IMG/VR virus record: IMGVR_UViG_3300025913_000019
DNA length: 64,000 nucleotides
Strand: one strand, 5' to 3'
From: a virus
Taxonomy: Duplodnaviria; Caudoviricetes
This document shows, piece by piece, positions 61,092-64,000 of the stretch. The notes beneath the pieces were generated by a model. The model made no database searches. It was not told where the DNA came from and worked only from the letters and a program-made list of their open reading frames with translations. The position numbers and the translations under genes were made by a program. The stretch's first letter is position 1; every line of letters starts with the position of its first letter.

Positions 61092-61276
61092 TTTGTCCAG
61101 TCCTCAATGATGGGTGTGCCGACCGCAGTCGACGGGGTAGGGACGGTCGTAGGCTGCCACACATTCGGGCCGCAAGCACTCGTCCAGACGTTGAGCCACC
61201 TACCTCCGTACCACCGCCTGTAGAACGGCAGGGAACCGAGATGGGAGACGAAAAACGGGAGCCGAAAGAAGTTCAT
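61088..61276 (-). CDS. Small hypothetical protein (MNFFRLPFF)
   Basis: SD GAGGAG; ATGA coupling to the next gene. Confidence 0.5.
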   Translation of the reverse strand: MNFFRLPFFVSHLGSLPFYRRWYGGRWLNVWTSACGPNVWQPTTVPTPSTAVGTPIIEDWTK

Positions 61277-61321
61277 GGTCACGCTCCTCGAAAGAAGGGT
61301 GACCATGAAAGTGACCCTTCG

Positions 61322-61612
61322 CTAGTACAGGTCCTCGCTGAAGAGTTCGGTGGAGTCCGGGTTGCCGGTCTTGTGACGGATCTGACCTTGACGAGTCGCG
61401 ATCTCGAAGGCCTGCTCACGATCGAAGAAGGTGCCGAACTGATCGATGAAGCCCTGGATGCCGTCGGCCTCCGTCTGCTTGAGCCCCATCGCCTTGTACT
61501 GCGCCATCATGACCGCGTCGTAGTGCCGCGGGCCGACGATCATGCCCTGCTCGAACAGGATCGCGGCACAGACGATACGCCGGCGTGCAGGATCGGGAAT
61601 CCAGTCGCTCAT
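61322..61612 (-). CDS. Conserved phage hypothetical protein (ends LFSEDLY)
   Basis: IVCAAI...GPRH...QGFIDQFGTF.DR..A...A...GQI...LFSEDLY. Confidence 0.8.
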   Translation of the reverse strand: MSDWIPDPARRRIVCAAILFEQGMIVGPRHYDAVMMAQYKAMGLKQTEADGIQGFIDQFGTFFDREQAFEIATRQGQIRHKTGNPDSTELFSEDLY

Positions 61613-62679
61613 ACCGCCACCAGCTCTTCAAGGCTCAGCTTGCGACCGGAGAGCTTCGGCTTGAAGCTCTCCATGTCGTTGAACAGCGATGCCGCCGACA
61701 GGTACTCGAGTGCGCCGTCTTCCTGCGGCGCCGCCTGCACCTTGTCCGAGCCGTCCACGAACTCCTCCATGTAGCTGATGTTCAGCGGAGGCAGCTTGCG
61801 GCTCGTGAGGCCGATGCCGTTCGTGGCCTTGATCTCACGGTAGTCGATGTGGTCGCAGAGGATGCCCTCGTTGAGACCCAGGATCGGGCCATGCGAGAAC
61901 AGGTACTGCGCCCACTGCTTCTCCTGGTCGGCCGCCGTGCGGTAGATCTGCAGCGCGCGCTCGCGGTTGTCGCCGATGATCTGCACGAACTCCGGATCGT
62001 CCTTCGGCAGCGCTTTCAGGATGTGCATGACCAGCGACAGGTGGATGTTCTCGTCACGAGCGATCAGCTTCACGACGTCACCCGAACCCGAACACAGCAG
62101 GCGCTTCTTGAAGTTGAAGACCGTGGCGAAGAAGTTGAAGAAGCGTAGGGCCTCCAGCGCGTTGGCCTCGCACAGCGCGAGATACAGGTTCTCCTTCGTC
62201 GGGTTCGTCTTCATCCGATCGTAGGCATCGGAGATCGCGGCCGCGCAGTCCGTGATGGCGGTGATGCCAGGGATCGCATCCACCACGGCAGTGCCGCCGT
62301 CAGGGTACACGGCTTGCAGGATGTGCGTGTAGCTCTCGCTGTGGATGGTCTCGAACTGCTGCCAGGTCGTGATGCAGTTGCTCAGGCTCGGGTCCGTGCA
62401 GCTGGGGCCGAAGACCAGAGTCGGCTCCTCGCCTTGCTTCGTATCCAGCATGATCGCACGCTGGAGGCCCGACGTGAAGATGAACTGCTCGGCGTCGGTC
62501 ATCGAGTTGTAGGACCGTCGCTCCCCGGACATGGTCACCGTCTCGGGCTCCCAGTTGAAGCTGCGCATCAACTTGTTGAGCTTGTCGAAGATCGGGTAGC
62601 GCGGCTTGTCGTAGCGCGCGATGGGCTTGCCTTCCGGCGCGAAGAAGAGCTGGCTCGGGTTGGAGTAAAGGGGTCGCAT
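61609..62679 (-). CDS. nrdB: Ribonucleotide reductase class Ia beta subunit
   Basis: Di-iron ligands and radical Tyr: ETIHSESY, LEALRF, RDENIH. Confidence 0.93.
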   Translation of the reverse strand: MRPLYSNPSQLFFAPEGKPIARYDKPRYPIFDKLNKLMRSFNWEPETVTMSGERRSYNSMTDAEQFIFTSGLQRAIMLDTKQGEEPTLVFGPSCTDPSLSNCITTWQQFETIHSESYTHILQAVYPDGGTAVVDAIPGITAITDCAAAISDAYDRMKTNPTKENLYLALCEANALEALRFFNFFATVFNFKKRLLCSGSGDVVKLIARDENIHLSLVMHILKALPKDDPEFVQIIGDNRERALQIYRTAADQEKQWAQYLFSHGPILGLNEGILCDHIDYREIKATNGIGLTSRKLPPLNISYMEEFVDGSDKVQAAPQEDGALEYLSAASLFNDMESFKPKLSGRKLSLEELVAV

Positions 62680-62688
62680 CTTTGTTCC

Positions 62689-64000
62689 TCAAATCTTGCA
62701 GGCGCCGGACTCGCAGCCGTCGTCTTCGGTTTCCTCGACGCCGAGCTTCGGCGGCTTGCGCACGTTCGAGTAGTACGCAGTCTTGTAGCCGAGGTCGTAC
62801 ATGAGCGTGAAGATGGAAGCGAACGTGGACAGCAGGACCTTGCCCGTCTTCGGATCGCGCGCCATCTTCATCGGGTCGAAGCTGTTGTTGATCGAGATGG
62901 CCTGATCGTAGTAGTGCTGCTGCGGAGCCAGCGTCTTCAGGTACGCCACAGGATCGACTTCCCACTGGGTTTCGTACAGGTGGTTGTACTTCGCGAACTC
63001 CGGCACCACCTGCGGCAGCGATCCGTCCTTCGAGTCCTTGACCGTGACCAGGCTCTTCGGCGGTTCGTCGCCGTTGGTCTCGTTCGCCAGCTGGCTGCTG
63101 GTCTCGCTGGGCATGCCAGCCATGAGGGTTGCGTTGCGCGTACCGCCAGCGGCCTTCATGCGCTTACGCAGCGCTTCCCAGTCGAGAGTCTTGGGCAGCA
63201 CCAGCTTCGAGTCCTCCCACGGGAACCAGCCATCGCTGTACTTCGTGCGCTTCTTGCACGGGCCCAGCTCTTCGGCCAGCTCGACCGATGCTTCGATCAG
63301 GTAGTAGCTGATGTGCTCGTACAGCTCGTTGACCATGGCGATGGTCTTGGCCTCGCCCCAGCGGAGACCGTGACGCACCATCCAGTGCGCGAAGCCGATG
63401 ACGCCGATACCGAGCGGTCGGTACTCCTCGACCGACAGACGCGCTTCTTCTAGCGGATAATCCTGGTAGCTGAGCAGCGAGTCCTTGGTGCGGACCGCGA
63501 TACGGCAGACGCGACGCAGCTCGTCCTTGCCGGCCTGCGTGCTGAGGTCGACCTTGCCCAGGTTGATGGCGCCCAGGGTGCAGAGGGCGATGCGACCGAC
63601 GCTGTGGTCTTCGGCGCTGACCGGCGTCGTCGCCAGACAGATTTCGACGCACAGATTGGTGCTCGTCACCGCTTCCAGGAACGGCGTCTGCGTGTTGACC
63701 GTGTCGGCGAACATGCAGTAGACACGGCCGGTCTCGAAGCGCTCGAGTAGGAACTTCTGCGCCATCTCGGCGGCAGGGATCTGGCGCTTCGTGATCTTCG
63801 GGTCGGCCTCGTACTTCTCGTACAGAGCCTTGAACTTCTTGAGGTCCGGGCTGTAGAAGGCTTCATAGAGGCCGGGGACTTCCTCCGGGCTGAAGAGCGT
63901 GACGTGCTTGTCCTGCGACCAGCGCTCGAAGAACAGGCCGTTGAAGGCCGGCACGTAGTCCAGGGTCCGGACGCGCGTCTCGTCGGTGCCCTTCTCGTTC
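62689..64000 (-). CDS. nrdA: Ribonucleotide reductase class Ia alpha subunit (3' part; 5' end outside the window)
   Basis: STNLCVEI; ALCTLGAIN; RPLGIG; RNATLMAGMPSETSS; KTAYY; C-terminal CESGACKI. Confidence 0.95.
   Translation of the reverse strand, partial: NEKGTDETRVRTLDYVPAFNGLFFERWSQDKHVTLFSPEEVPGLYEAFYSPDLKKFKALYEKYEADPKITKRQIPAAEMAQKFLLERFETGRVYCMFADTVNTQTPFLEAVTSTNLCVEICLATTPVSAEDHSVGRIALCTLGAINLGKVDLSTQAGKDELRRVCRIAVRTKDSLLSYQDYPLEEARLSVEEYRPLGIGVIGFAHWMVRHGLRWGEAKTIAMVNELYEHISYYLIEASVELAEELGPCKKRTKYSDGWFPWEDSKLVLPKTLDWEALRKRMKAAGGTRNATLMAGMPSETSSQLANETNGDEPPKSLVTVKDSKDGSLPQVVPEFAKYNHLYETQWEVDPVAYLKTLAPQQHYYDQAISINNSFDPMKMARDPKTGKVLLSTFASIFTLMYDLGYKTAYYSNVRKPPKLGVEETEDDGCESGACKI

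Noticed and set aside
61609-62679. Unusual (metal-free or Tyr-less) RNR beta subunit
   Set aside because: The metal ligands and the radical Tyr (ETIHSESY) are present, so this is ordinary class Ia
1-64000. tRNA, rRNA, integrase, transposase or intron/intein
   Set aside because: No cloverleaf/T-loop consensus in the intergenic gaps inspected and no recombinase or splicing motifs recognised; a tRNAscan-SE run would be needed to be certain

Overview
GC-rich (roughly 60-65% by eye) segment of a large lytic contractile-tailed phage genome, probably a jumbo myovirus. There are no host housekeeping genes, tRNAs, CRISPR array or integrase. The window has three blocks. (1) 1-10.7 kb, minus strand: three modular tail fibre/receptor-binding proteins, one carrying a six-hairpin glycosidase domain, plus a Dps-like gene. 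(2) 10.8-36.5 kb, plus strand: many small accessory ORFs and replication/recombination genes (Cas4-like nuclease, DnaX-like clamp loader, dNMP kinase, SbcC/Rad50, beta-clamp, UvsW-like helicase, DnaB, BCS1-like AAA ATPase), ending at a bidirectional terminator. (3) 36.7-64 kb, minus strand: virion module (tail tube, sheath, major capsid, scaffold, prohead protease, 1624-aa SNF2 helicase), HNH, a holin candidate and class Ia RNR. Best candidate for an undescribed system: ten otherwise unrelated proteins around the capsid/protease genes share the N-terminal peptide [K/E/Q]-[L/I]-[Q/K/H/E]-A-K-[S/A/Q]-R-L-x-(A). It looks like a capsid-targeting/maturation signal for injected cargo, and one carrier has an ADP-ribosyltransferase-like domain. 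Other highlights are two ubiquitin-like (Multi_ubiq-like) domains without a terminal Gly, two DUF6527-like proteins, and two AT-rich phage promoter motifs (TGTAAATA before replication genes; YAATTTnAT before virion genes). All family calls are from motif recognition by eye; no database search was run.
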